Source of the DNA: Candidatus Hydrogenedentota bacterium
Lineage (GTDB): Bacteria > Hydrogenedentota > Hydrogenedentia > Hydrogenedentales > CAITNO01
Assembly (NCBI GenBank): GCA_007124105.1
Contig: SLFT01000334.1
Coordinates: 1 to 34,609, forward strand
Reading direction: 5' to 3'
Length of the DNA stretch: 34,609 nucleotides
Positions within the stretch are counted from its first letter, which is position 1. The number at the start of each line of letters is the position of its first letter. Positions 1-8,747 of the stretch are shown here, piece by piece. The notes beneath the pieces are model-generated. The model did not search any database and was not told the DNA's origin. It saw only the letters and a list, made by a program, of their open reading frames with translations. The position numbers were made by a program, and so were the translations under genes.

Positions 1-660
1 AATATCCATGAGGACTGCGACGCGCGACTTGCGCGCATTGCCAGGGACGCGCCGCGACGGCTGCTTATTTCCATCGGCGGAGCGGGCGCGCAACAGCAAT
101 TGCTTTTAAAGATATTGAACCACCTGATGCCGCAAATACGGGCGCGAAAACTTGCCCTGTTCCTGAACTGCGGCGACCACCGAAACGCCCTGGCCTATTT
201 TGGCAAGAAAGTATCCGGGTTCAAACAACTGGCCATACACCATACCGAGTGGCCGGAAATGGAGACTTTTGCGGCGACCGCGCGAAAAAGCGCCGTATCC
301 GGCTTGCACGTGTTCTGTCACGACAACCCATTTGCGGCGGTATACGCCACCAACATGCTGATGCGCGCGGCTGATATCCTGCTGACCAAACCCAGTGAAC
401 TGGCCTATTACCCCATCCCCAAACTCTTACTCCAGCGGGTCGGCGGTCACGAGGCCTGGGGCGCGATACGCGCCGCCGAAATCGGCGACGGCACCCCGGA
501 ATGCACAGGCGCGCCCTTCACGCTGCGCGCACTGGACGCGCTCCTGACCGAAGGAGACCTGTTGGCATTATATTGCAGTCAGATTAAACGCCTCCATGAT
601 CAAGGCATTTACGACGGCGCCTATCGCGCCGTTGACCTGGCCACGGGACTGGCCGTATGA
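1..660 (+). CDS. 5'-truncated putative GT-B glycosyltransferase-like protein (C-terminal domain, GT28/MGDG-synthase-like)
   Basis: Frame is open from base 1 (NIHEDCDARLARIARDAPRRLLISIGGAGAQ...) to TGA at 658-660. 'LLISIGGAG' and 'LMRAADILLTKPSE' resemble the nucleotide-sugar-binding C-terminal domain of GT28-like enzymes. Confidence 0.55.
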   Translation, partial: NIHEDCDARLARIARDAPRRLLISIGGAGAQQQLLLKILNHLMPQIRARKLALFLNCGDHRNALAYFGKKVSGFKQLAIHHTEWPEMETFAATARKSAVSGLHVFCHDNPFAAVYATNMLMRAADILLTKPSELAYYPIPKLLLQRVGGHEAWGAIRAAEIGDGTPECTGAPFTLRALDALLTEGDLLALYCSQIKRLHDQGIYDGAYRAVDLATGLAV

Positions 661-793
661 ATGCATGGTAACGCGGTGAGGCACACATGGGGCAGTGGAT
701 GTTGATGCCAGTACATTATCCCGCGCATCTCATCAGATTTCTGTTGCGCTGACGCCCGTTACAGTATTTATGGTTTCGCTACTCATAATAGTT

Positions 794-823
794 TTGATAC
801 GTCTCCAAAAGGTCTGCTACACT
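794..823 (+). promoter_or_regulatory. putative sigma70 promoter of iolC
   Basis: TTGATA(794-799)-18 nt-TACACT(818-823) with extended -10 TG, about 50 nt upstream of the ATG. Confidence 0.45.
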
Positions 824-875
824 TGCCTTAGCGTCGTTCAACCACTTCAGCGGCGCGATTGCGTGGGAGACGCTT

Positions 876-1904
876 ATGACGGAAAAAATACTTTATGATT
901 CCCTGCACATGGGTCGTTCGTCCATTGACTTGTATAGCGACGATGTGGGCGCGCCCTTTGTGGAGATTACCCGATTTGCCGCTTATGTGGGCGGTTCGCC
1001 GCTGAACATCAGCGTGGGCGGGCGGCGGCTCGGGATGAACACGGCGGTGTTGACCGCTTTGGGCGCAGACCCGGTGGGCGACTTTATTCTCCATTTTCTG
1101 GAGCGTGAAGGGGTGGAGACCGGGTTCATTCCCCGTAAGCCCGGCCGTCGCACCAGCGCCGTGGTGCTCGGCATCGAGCCGCCCGACAAATTCCCCCTGG
1201 TCTATTACCGGGACAATTGCGCCGACATCGCGTTGACCATAGACGACGTGCTGGCGACGCCGGTGACGCGCTGCAAGGTGTTCCAGTTCGCCGGCACCAA
1301 TCTCTCAATGGAACCCAGCCGCAGCGCGACCTTCTTCGCGGCGGAACAGGCGCGCGCTGCGGGGGCCGAGGTGGTTTTCGACATAGATTTTCGGCCCGAC
1401 CAGTGGCACGATCCGCGCGCTTTCGGCGTGATGGCGCGGGCAATCATGCCCCTGGTGGATATCGTGCTTGGCACGGACGACGAAATTAACGCGGCCATGC
1501 TGCGCGATCCAGCCCAGATTACCCTCACCCATTCACAGGTGTCAGATACCAAGGTCGCGGGCGACGTGGACGCGGCCATTGCGCGGTTGCTCGCGCTGGG
1601 ACCACATGCGTTGGTGCAAAAACGGGGCGTTGACGGCGCAAGAACCCATGTTAAACATGAGGATGGCGGTATCCAGCAGATTGATTCGCCGGGGTACCCT
1701 GTCGAGGTGTATAACATCCTCGGCGCGGGCGACGCCTTCGCTGCGGGATTTATCTGTGGACGCGTCCGCGGCATGGACTGGCGTCAGGCGGGACGCCTCG
1801 GCGCCGCCTGCGGCGCCATAGTCGTAACCAAACATGGCTGCGCGAATTTCATGCCCACATGGGATGAGGTGATGGAATTCGTGGAAGCGCGCGACGGACT
1901 TTAA
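876..1904 (+). CDS. iolC: 5-dehydro-2-deoxygluconokinase (PfkB family sugar kinase)
   Basis: IolC-type N-terminus GRSSIDLY...F..YVGGSP.N, PPDKFPL.YYR.NCAD, DIDFRP.QW and PfkB signature GAGDAF; GGGAG RBS. Confidence 0.85.
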   Translation: MTEKILYDSLHMGRSSIDLYSDDVGAPFVEITRFAAYVGGSPLNISVGGRRLGMNTAVLTALGADPVGDFILHFLEREGVETGFIPRKPGRRTSAVVLGIEPPDKFPLVYYRDNCADIALTIDDVLATPVTRCKVFQFAGTNLSMEPSRSATFFAAEQARAAGAEVVFDIDFRPDQWHDPRAFGVMARAIMPLVDIVLGTDDEINAAMLRDPAQITLTHSQVSDTKVAGDVDAAIARLLALGPHALVQKRGVDGARTHVKHEDGGIQQIDSPGYPVEVYNILGAGDAFAAGFICGRVRGMDWRQAGRLGAACGAIVVTKHGCANFMPTWDEVMEFVEARDGL

Positions 1905-1913
1905 TCACTATAT

Positions 1914-2101
1914 CTGGTTCCTGTGACGCTGGCGTATCTTACGCCTCGCTCGCCCTTTGGCTTCGACACAAACCAATACGTTGTCAGCCCGTAGCCCTCG
2001 TGAAGCACAAGCGCGGCCCGACCGTCACGGGATAGGGCCTGTAACGGACAGGTGTTACTGAAACGAGTAACCATGACGTATCACATCATTTAGCCAGGAA
2101 C
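1914..2101 (-). ncRNA. candidate structured non-coding RNA (family not recognised)
   Basis: Six adjacent stem-loops plus end-to-end pairing GTTCCTG(1917-1923)/CAGGAAC(2095-2101). Stem mismatches become G-U pairs on the minus strand. Minus-strand promoter-like TTGATG-16-TAGACT at 2156-2129. Confidence 0.4.
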
Positions 2102-2350
2102 AAAACGAAACCGTAGACGCAGAGGACAAGTCTACTTGAATACACGTTGGCATCAACAATATGGTCAAGGAGTAGACTGTTTGACTCGCTACCATACTTT
2201 CATTCATACTCATAATGATAGGCTGACTTGTTGGAATGCCTGCGCAAATCACCAGCTGCGCATCAGGATTGCGCATAAAGTGAGCGGGCGGCGAGCGATT
2301 ATTTTACGAGGGTTTCGAACCATTTAACCAACTTTTCGGGAGACTATGTC

Positions 2351-4186
2351 ATGGCAGAACAAAAAAACACAAGAACGATTGTCCTGGCGCTGATACTGGT
2401 TATCGCGCTTATGGGCGTGCTGGCGTATACCTTTCTTATGGGCGACGCCCCAGCGCCAGAAGACGTACCGGCGCCGGTGGTCACCGGCGATCCCACGCTG
2501 GCAGTGCCCGATCCGCCTGACGCTGAGCCCGACGCAACACTCCCCGCAACACCTGATGTCGCCGCGCCGGCGCCGGCGGATAATCCGCCGCTTACACTTA
2601 CCGCGTTGCGGTATTTGCCCGACCAGGCACAGATAGCCGTCGGTATTCCATCTGTTGAAAGCCTGCTGGCCACGGTAGCGCCTTTTGTCCAGGAAGTAAT
2701 GAAAGACGACCTGAATGTGGAGCACGAATTAGGGTTGATTGCGCGTGACCTGGCGCGCGATATGGGCGTTGACGAATCGGATGAGCTTGCGGAAGTACTG
2801 GCCGCCATCGGTTTTGACGTCGGTCTTGGCGCCGCCGCTTTCTTCGATATGGAAGAGATGATCAAGGACGCCTTTGATGCGGCGGGAGAAATGACTGAGA
2901 GCACGGAACAAATCGCCGGGTTGCCCGATGTATCTACGGGCAAGGTCGTAGCTGTTATCCCTGTTGTTGACGGAGAGAAAGCGGAGGCGGCGCTGAAAGA
3001 GTTGACGGGCGATATGCTCGCCGGCGTACCTACGAGCGAAGAGACGGTAAACGATATAACCATCACTGTATACGAAGGTATTGCGGCGTATTTTGTAACG
3101 GAGGCTGTGCTGGCAATCGGAAATAATGTGGATATGCTCAAGCAGGCCGCCGCGCGCGAGGGTGCGCCCGCAACCATTCGCTACGGGTCGGCCACATGCC
3201 CGCCGGATGATGTGAACGAGGCGGTAATGCTTGTTTACGGCGATAGGCTGATGCCGTTCGTTGAACAGGCGGTGGGCCTGCTGGCCGAATTGCAGCCGGA
3301 AGCGCTGTTTTTTGTCCAGAGCCAACTGGAGCAAATGACGGCCATGTATGAATCAGGCGTGAACGACCCGGTTATTGCCACGTTAAGCGTCCGCGACGAC
3401 GCCATCGAACTGCAATCCAAAATAGACACCGCGGTGTATCCGGCCTTGCTGGAAAGCAGCGGTACGCCGCAGCCGTTGCGTTGGGCGCAGCTGTTGCCTG
3501 AAAATACGCTGGCATTCCTATCCCTGGGCTTCACCCCTGAATCCAAGCAGAAGATAAAAGACGTTTACATGGAAGCCATCCCAGAAGAAATGCGCACAAG
3601 CCCCGGGTTCTCCCAGGGGATGCAAATCGGCCGCACCGTTGTGGACATGATTGGCCAGGAGGTTACGCTTGGCATGACCGAACTTGATCCGATAGATTTC
3701 CCCACGCTATTGCTGTTCGTTGATCTGGAGAATCGTATGTCCGCCCAGGTATTGCTGCCAATGGTGCCGCAACTGCCGCATGACGACCCCTATCGCGATG
3801 TCCAGATTAACGCCATTAACTTCCCGTCCCCCATCCAATTCTACTTTGCGCTGGTCGAGGATGCTTTGGTGCTCTCGAATAGTGACGACGGCATCCGCAG
3901 GGTTATTGACCTGGTAAAAGACGAGGAGACCAGCGGTTTCTTCGAATCGCTTACGCCGCCCATCAACCCCGATACGCCCATGTACCAGGCGCTTTTAATC
4001 AAACCGGAATTGTACGACAGTATTGTGGCGCCGCTGTCAGCGCTTTCGGGACGGGCGTTGCCGACAGAGGCGGACACGGTATTCGACACCTTAACCGCCA
4101 TGTTTGACGATGTTCGTTTCTTTAACGAAATGCGCGACTCGTGGAACCTGACGCGCCTCAGCGTAAACAGGAAAACCTCTGATTAA
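2351..4186 (+). CDS. membrane-anchored acidic hypothetical protein (possibly DUF3352-like)
   Basis: 611-aa ORF: N-terminal TM/signal anchor (IVLALILVIALMGVLAYTFL), Pro/Ala/Asp-rich linker, acidic body; GGGAG RBS; followed by a terminator. Confidence 0.8.
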   Translation: MAEQKNTRTIVLALILVIALMGVLAYTFLMGDAPAPEDVPAPVVTGDPTLAVPDPPDAEPDATLPATPDVAAPAPADNPPLTLTALRYLPDQAQIAVGIPSVESLLATVAPFVQEVMKDDLNVEHELGLIARDLARDMGVDESDELAEVLAAIGFDVGLGAAAFFDMEEMIKDAFDAAGEMTESTEQIAGLPDVSTGKVVAVIPVVDGEKAEAALKELTGDMLAGVPTSEETVNDITITVYEGIAAYFVTEAVLAIGNNVDMLKQAAAREGAPATIRYGSATCPPDDVNEAVMLVYGDRLMPFVEQAVGLLAELQPEALFFVQSQLEQMTAMYESGVNDPVIATLSVRDDAIELQSKIDTAVYPALLESSGTPQPLRWAQLLPENTLAFLSLGFTPESKQKIKDVYMEAIPEEMRTSPGFSQGMQIGRTVVDMIGQEVTLGMTELDPIDFPTLLLFVDLENRMSAQVLLPMVPQLPHDDPYRDVQINAINFPSPIQFYFALVEDALVLSNSDDGIRRVIDLVKDEETSGFFESLTPPINPDTPMYQALLIKPELYDSIVAPLSALSGRALPTEADTVFDTLTAMFDDVRFFNEMRDSWNLTRLSVNRKTSD

Positions 4187-4198
4187 TTCGCTTTCCTC

Positions 4199-4235
4199 AC
4201 GCACCCGGACGGCAACCGTCCGGGTGCGTTGTTTT
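4199..4235 (+). terminator. Rho-independent terminator
   Basis: ACGCACCCGGACGG-CAA-CCGTCCGGGTGCGT perfect 14-bp stem followed by TGTTTT. Confidence 0.8.
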
Positions 4236-4297
4236 CGTATTGCAACGATATGGCATTTCGCCATACCAATATACTTATCACTACAGGAGACTTAACC

Positions 4298-5146
4298 ATG
4301 AATCACATAGCCTTACTGCTTATGCCGCTGGTGCTGTGCTGCTTGCTCGCCAACGCCGTTGCAACAGAAACCGCGCCGCGCCCCCGCATCCTGCTGTTGA
4401 CAAAATCATCCGGATTTGAACATAGCGTTATCAAACACGACAGGCGTGGAACCAGCCACGTGGAACGTATCCTGACGCCTCTGGTTGACGAAATGGGCGG
4501 TTCACTTTTATGTACAAAAGACGCGAGCCTGATAAATGCCGAAACGCTCGAGGACTATGACGTGGTTATCTTTTACACATCAGGCGTGCTTACCGAAGTG
4601 GGCGAAGACGGCAATCCGGCTATGACCGAAGAGGGACTGGAAGCGTTGTTCGCCTGGATTCGCAACGGCGGCGGTTTCATCGGATTCCATTCCGCCACGG
4701 ATTCGTTCCGAAGCAACGGCGACACGCCCACGCCGTATATCGAAATGCTCGGCGGCGAGTTTATCACTCACGGCGCACAGTTCGAGGGAACAATCCGAAA
4801 TGTCAGCGCAGGCCATCCCGCAGCGAAATCATTGCCGGAAAGCTGGGACATACAAGACGAGTGGTATTTGTTTCGCCATTTGAACAAGGAGCATCTCCAT
4901 GTGCTGGCCTTGCTCGAAATAGGCGATGAACGGCAGAAGCAGAAAATGTATGACATCCCTGATTACCCCATGATCTGGTGTCGCGCTTATGGTGACGGAC
5001 GCGTACTGTATAACGGCATGGGCCACCGCGAGGATGTCTGGGAACACCCCACATTCAAGGCCCTGGTGGAAGAGCATATCCGCTGGGCCGCCGGAGAGGG
5101 TTCCTTGAATGCCGATCCAAACTACGAGGCAGTAGGGCTGGACTAG
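4298..5146 (+). CDS. secreted ThuA-like (trehalose utilisation / class I glutamine-amidotransferase-like) domain protein
   Basis: Start moved to ATG 4298 (AGGAG RBS) followed by a signal peptide; motifs TKSSGFEH, GGGFIGFHSATD, DEWY, YGDGRVLYNGMGH. Confidence 0.85.
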   Translation: MNHIALLLMPLVLCCLLANAVATETAPRPRILLLTKSSGFEHSVIKHDRRGTSHVERILTPLVDEMGGSLLCTKDASLINAETLEDYDVVIFYTSGVLTEVGEDGNPAMTEEGLEALFAWIRNGGGFIGFHSATDSFRSNGDTPTPYIEMLGGEFITHGAQFEGTIRNVSAGHPAAKSLPESWDIQDEWYLFRHLNKEHLHVLALLEIGDERQKQKMYDIPDYPMIWCRAYGDGRVLYNGMGHREDVWEHPTFKALVEEHIRWAAGEGSLNADPNYEAVGLD

Positions 5147-5217
5147 AACACGATCAATACAAGACCCGCATACACAACGAGCGTACTGGGGTACGCCCCT
5201 AAAGAAGGAGAGAAAAC

Positions 5218-6006
5218 ATGACAAGACCGGTTTGTCTAATTATTGTAATGCTTACGTGCTGTACTGTTGTGGCGGCAAAAGACTTGGAGATTGTGGCGCA
5301 TCGCGGCGCGAACCACCTGGCCCCGGAAAATACGCGCGCCGCCGCGCAAGCCTGCATTGATCTGGGGGTGCATTATGTGGAGGTGGACGTGCATCAAAGC
5401 CGCGACGGCGTGTTCTACATCATGCATGATCGCACTGTCAATCGCACCACGGGCGGCGTTGGTTTCCTTGCGTTAATGGACTCGGAAGATATAGACCAAC
5501 TGGACGCGGGCAGTTGGTATTCCCCCGAATTCAAAGGCGAACCCGTACCGAGGCTCAAAGAGTATCTGGAATGGATCAAGGGAAAAGCCAAGGTGTATCT
5601 CGACGTGAAAGCGGGCAACATGCAGGACTTAATTGATGTTGTTTATGAAACCGGATTTGAAGACGAGTGTTTCTTCTGGTTTGGCGACGATGCGCTGCTG
5701 GAAGAATTTCGCGCCTTGGACAAAGACCTGAAACTCAAGATTAACGCGCACACGCCAGTGGAAGTTGTGGCGGCCGTTGAAAACTATAACGCCGCCATCG
5801 TGGAAACGCAGCTAGCATCGCTCACTCCCGAATTTGTCGCCGCGTGCCGTAAACACGACGTAAAAATCATGGTCTATGAACGGGAGGACACCCCCGAGAT
5901 GTATCGTCGCATCATGGCGTCCGAGGCGGACATGATAAATCTCGATCGTCCCGAACTCTTTGTGGAAGTACGCGACGCAGTTAAGGCAGAAGCGGCTAAG
6001 GAATAA
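5218..6006 (+). CDS. secreted glycerophosphodiester phosphodiesterase (GDPD family)
   Basis: Signal peptide; AHRG, PENT, EVDV, HD.TV.RTT motifs; AAGGAG RBS. Confidence 0.9.
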   Translation: MTRPVCLIIVMLTCCTVVAAKDLEIVAHRGANHLAPENTRAAAQACIDLGVHYVEVDVHQSRDGVFYIMHDRTVNRTTGGVGFLALMDSEDIDQLDAGSWYSPEFKGEPVPRLKEYLEWIKGKAKVYLDVKAGNMQDLIDVVYETGFEDECFFWFGDDALLEEFRALDKDLKLKINAHTPVEVVAAVENYNAAIVETQLASLTPEFVAACRKHDVKIMVYEREDTPEMYRRIMASEADMINLDRPELFVEVRDAVKAEAAKE

Positions 6007-6041
6007 ACTTGTACAATCATCTGAGTCAAGGAGAGTGAACC

Positions 6042-7160
6042 ATGTCGGAAAAAGACCTGAAGGCCATGTACCGTACCCGTACGGAGGGACAGTTCCCTGA
6101 GACCATCGAACTACTCGGCCGTGGTTATGTGAAAGTGGAAGACCTGCGATACGGCACCAATCCCCATCAGCCGGCCGCGTATTACAAGCCTGGCGACGCT
6201 TCCGGACTGGCGCTCGGCGCGTACACCATGCTGAAGACGGGCAAAAGCGGCCTGTCCCAGACCAACCTCGAGGATATGCATCACGCCATCGGCATCCTCA
6301 AATACATGGAACGCCCCACTTGCGCCGTGATGAAGCATTGCAACCCTTCGGGCGCGGCAATCAAACAGGACGGCATGAGCCTTGTCGAAGTTTATCAGCG
6401 GGCGCGCGACGCGGATGCGCAGGCGGCATTCGGCAGCGTTGTCGCTTTCAATGTTGAAGTAGACGCCGATACCGCGACGGAAATCATGCAGACCATTGTC
6501 GAAGGAGTTGTCGCGCCCGGCTTTTCCGAAACGGCCCTCGCAGTATTCAACGACTTTGACACATTCAAGCGGAATAAGGCCATTCGCATTGTGCGTACGC
6601 CCCCGTTCGACGGTCTGCCAAAGTATACAGACGATACGCCCAACGCCTGGGAAATAAAGGTGTTTGACGACGGGTCGGTGGTGCTGGCGCAACCCTATCT
6701 TTCGCGCCTGAAGTCAGCCAGTGACTTTATCGCTGCATACAACGACCATCCAAAAAAGGGGCGTATGGACATTGCGCGTCAACCAACAGCGCAGGAGTTG
6801 GACGATTTACTGTTCGCATGGCGGGTTAATCTGCATGTACGCTCGAACGGTGTTGTTATCGCGCGCAATGGCCAAACCCTCGCGGTGGGCACGGGCGAAC
6901 AGGACCGCGTGGGCGCCGTGCAACAGGCCATCCTCAAGGCACAGTCAAAGTACCAGGGCAACGAATCGCTGACGGGCGCTGTGATGGCATCTGACGGCTT
7001 CTTCCCCTTCCGCGACGCTGTGGATGCCGCAACCGAAGCGGGCATCACCGCCATTGCACAACCTGGCGGCAGCGTGAACGACTACGACGCCATCGCGGCG
7101 TGTAATGACAAAGGCGCCGCCATGGTATTTACCATGGAACGCTGCTTCTCGCATCACTGA
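6042..7160 (+). CDS. purH: AICAR formyltransferase (PurH C-terminal domain only, no IMP cyclohydrolase domain)
   Basis: LRYGTNPHQ.A, KH.NP.G, SNGVV, ASDGFFPFRD, QPGGS motifs; 372 aa, lacking the ~190-aa N-terminal MGS-like domain. Confidence 0.85.
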   Translation: MSEKDLKAMYRTRTEGQFPETIELLGRGYVKVEDLRYGTNPHQPAAYYKPGDASGLALGAYTMLKTGKSGLSQTNLEDMHHAIGILKYMERPTCAVMKHCNPSGAAIKQDGMSLVEVYQRARDADAQAAFGSVVAFNVEVDADTATEIMQTIVEGVVAPGFSETALAVFNDFDTFKRNKAIRIVRTPPFDGLPKYTDDTPNAWEIKVFDDGSVVLAQPYLSRLKSASDFIAAYNDHPKKGRMDIARQPTAQELDDLLFAWRVNLHVRSNGVVIARNGQTLAVGTGEQDRVGAVQQAILKAQSKYQGNESLTGAVMASDGFFPFRDAVDAATEAGITAIAQPGGSVNDYDAIAACNDKGAAMVFTMERCFSHH

Positions 7161-7208
7161 GCCACGGCGCCAGAATTGCTGGCGGCATTACATCCGCAAC
7201 TCAAGCGC

Positions 7209-7244
7209 TTCTCTGCGCCCCATCTATTTATGGGGCGCAGAGAA
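7209..7244. terminator. hairpin between convergent purH and histone-like gene (probable bidirectional terminator)
   Basis: TTCTCTGCGCCCCAT-CTATTT-ATGGGGCGCAGAGAA, perfect 15-bp stem; U-tracts are weak. Confidence 0.7.
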
Positions 7245-7302
7245 GTATTGCGTTTGAGGAACTGCGCAGTTTCCGTTTCGCGCAGGGCACAAAACTGTCG
7301 CG

Positions 7303-7617
7303 TTATTTCTTCGCGGCAGGCTTTTGCTTGGCGGTGGGCTTCTTCTTCGCTGCGGGTTTCTTCTTTGCCGCAACCTTCTTCGCAGCAGGCTTCTTCTTCG
7401 CTACGGCCTTTTTCTTGGCGGCGGGCTTCTTCTTTGCCGCAACTTTCTTCGCTGCAGGCTTCTTCTTTGCTACAGCCTTTTTCTTGGCGGCGGGCTTCTT
7501 CTTTGCCGCAACTTTCTTCGCTGCGGGCTTCTTCGCTACAGCCTTCTTCTTGGCGGCGGGCTTCTTTTTCGCCACGGCCTTCTTCTTCGCAGCAGGCTTC
7601 TTCTTCGCTGGGGCCAT
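7303..7617 (-). CDS. histone H1-like Lys/Ala/Pro-rich nucleoid protein (Hc2/AlgP/BpH1-like)
   Basis: AGGAG RBS before ATG 7617; 104 aa made almost entirely of KKKPAA/KKKAVA/KKVAA units. Confidence 0.8.
   Translation of the reverse strand: MAPAKKKPAAKKKAVAKKKPAAKKKAVAKKPAAKKVAAKKKPAAKKKAVAKKKPAAKKVAAKKKPAAKKKAVAKKKPAAKKVAAKKKPAAKKKPTAKQKPAAKK
7336..7610. repeat. coding tandem repeat, 69-bp (23-aa) higher-order period built from 21-24-bp sub-units
   Basis: TTCTTGGCGGCGGGCTTCTT recurs at 7412 and 7481 (69 bp apart) and again near 7547; variation is mostly synonymous. Confidence 0.85.
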
Positions 7618-7840
7618 TTTCGTTTCTCCTTTTGTTGTTTTGGCCTTCTCCCACTTGATCAATAATTCGGCACACCCGTAAAAAACGGGCGGCCAAAACG
7701 TTGCCGTCACCATAACGAACAACGTCGAAAACAGGCGCATACCTGTTAACGTCACAACAACAGATCACGCAATTTCTAAGAACACTACTGACGGCAGACA
7801 TGCCGCCGCGTGTACTCCACAACGGGATCACGATTCAAGT

Positions 7841-7873
7841 AAAAAAAACCTGACAGCGAATTCAGCCGTCAGG
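7841..7873 (-). terminator. Rho-independent terminator (minus strand)
   Basis: Minus strand reads CCTGACGGC-TGAATTC-GCTGTCAGG-TTTTTTTT. Confidence 0.8.
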
Positions 7874-8171
7874 CAAATACAATCTCTACATCTTCTGTTA
7901 TCGAAGGCGTTGTAATACATCCAAAAGAAAAAAAACACAAGGAATCAGTCGCGCTGTTCACGCCGTAATCATGCGCCCACTGCGGAACCCTGTCAGCAAT
8001 GGCGGCGCAGCGCGACAGGGCGCCGCTGAAAAAGACAACACGCAACACGCAAACCATACCGAGAAGAAAAACCGAGAACCCGCAAAGGGCGCACAATCCA
8101 TCCATCAGCGTCTTCTCCCACAGCGACGAGATTTGCGCTTCAACATTCGAAACCGCATCTTCAAAACCCAA
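7869..8171 (-). CDS. possible small membrane protein or degraded gene
   Basis: 100-aa TTG-start ORF with one hydrophobic segment, lying between a minus-strand promoter and terminator; an in-frame ATG at 8234 is separated from it by a single TAA (8201-8199). Confidence 0.3.
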   Translation of the reverse strand: MGFEDAVSNVEAQISSLWEKTLMDGLCALCGFSVFLLGMVCVLRVVFFSGALSRCAAIADRVPQWAHDYGVNSATDSLCFFSFGCITTPSITEDVEIVFA

Positions 8172-8340
8172 CGCCTCATACGTAGCATGCCTTTGTTGTT
8201 AAGCGTCTCTTCCTGCGTACAGGTTACCGTACATGAAACCTTTACTTATTTGTACCAGACTTCAACTCAAAATACAAATATTTTTTCAATGCGATACGCG
8301 GTCCACATTTGAACGAACAGCAATTGCATTTCACGATGTA

Positions 8341-8369
8341 ATCATAACAATAATCGAACGCCCGCGCAA
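8341..8369 (-). promoter_or_regulatory. putative sigma70 promoter (minus strand)
   Basis: TTGCGC(8369-8364)-17 nt-TATGAT(8346-8341) with extended -10 TG. Confidence 0.55.
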
Positions 8370-8747
8370 CATCTTGACACATTTTTTTTGATCCATGCCG
8401 AACGGTATCGCCGCCGTCAATGTTATGAGAAGTGCAACAGGCTGACAATAGCGATTCGTGTCCGCTTACAGTAACGTTATGATCTGTCTGTATTGGACTA
8501 ACGGCTGCGCCGGCGATAAAGGAAATATATTGTGTCGGTGTTTACGCTTACCGTCATTGCCAGCTGTCGCGCTGACCATGGAACAGTAGAAACCCATGCG
8601 ACACGGCGTCCTATGCAACTGCGTTTTTAAGCAAGACGCCTTCCTTTTGTCTGGCGTACTGGATTCTGGTAAAGTAGCCTGCAATGCCTGTCTTGTTGCA
8701 TTGTGACATGCAGGCAGAAGCATGCTCCATAAACGAAGGGATGCGTT

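Noticed and set aside
1914-2101. tmRNA, 6S, SRP, hammerhead or cobalamin riboswitch identity for the structured element
   Set aside because: Diagnostic sequences (tRNA-like ends with CCA, SRP GGAA loop motif, CUGAUGA core, B12 box) are absent.
7324-7681. Plus-strand F/A-rich, L-rich and S-rich repeat ORFs
   Set aside because: They are antisense shadows of the Lys/Ala repeat gene, which has the AGGAG RBS and a known protein type.
8370-8747. Riboswitch or small gene upstream of the EEP gene
   Set aside because: Only short imperfect inverted repeats and motif-less ORFs are present; no recognisable aptamer consensus.
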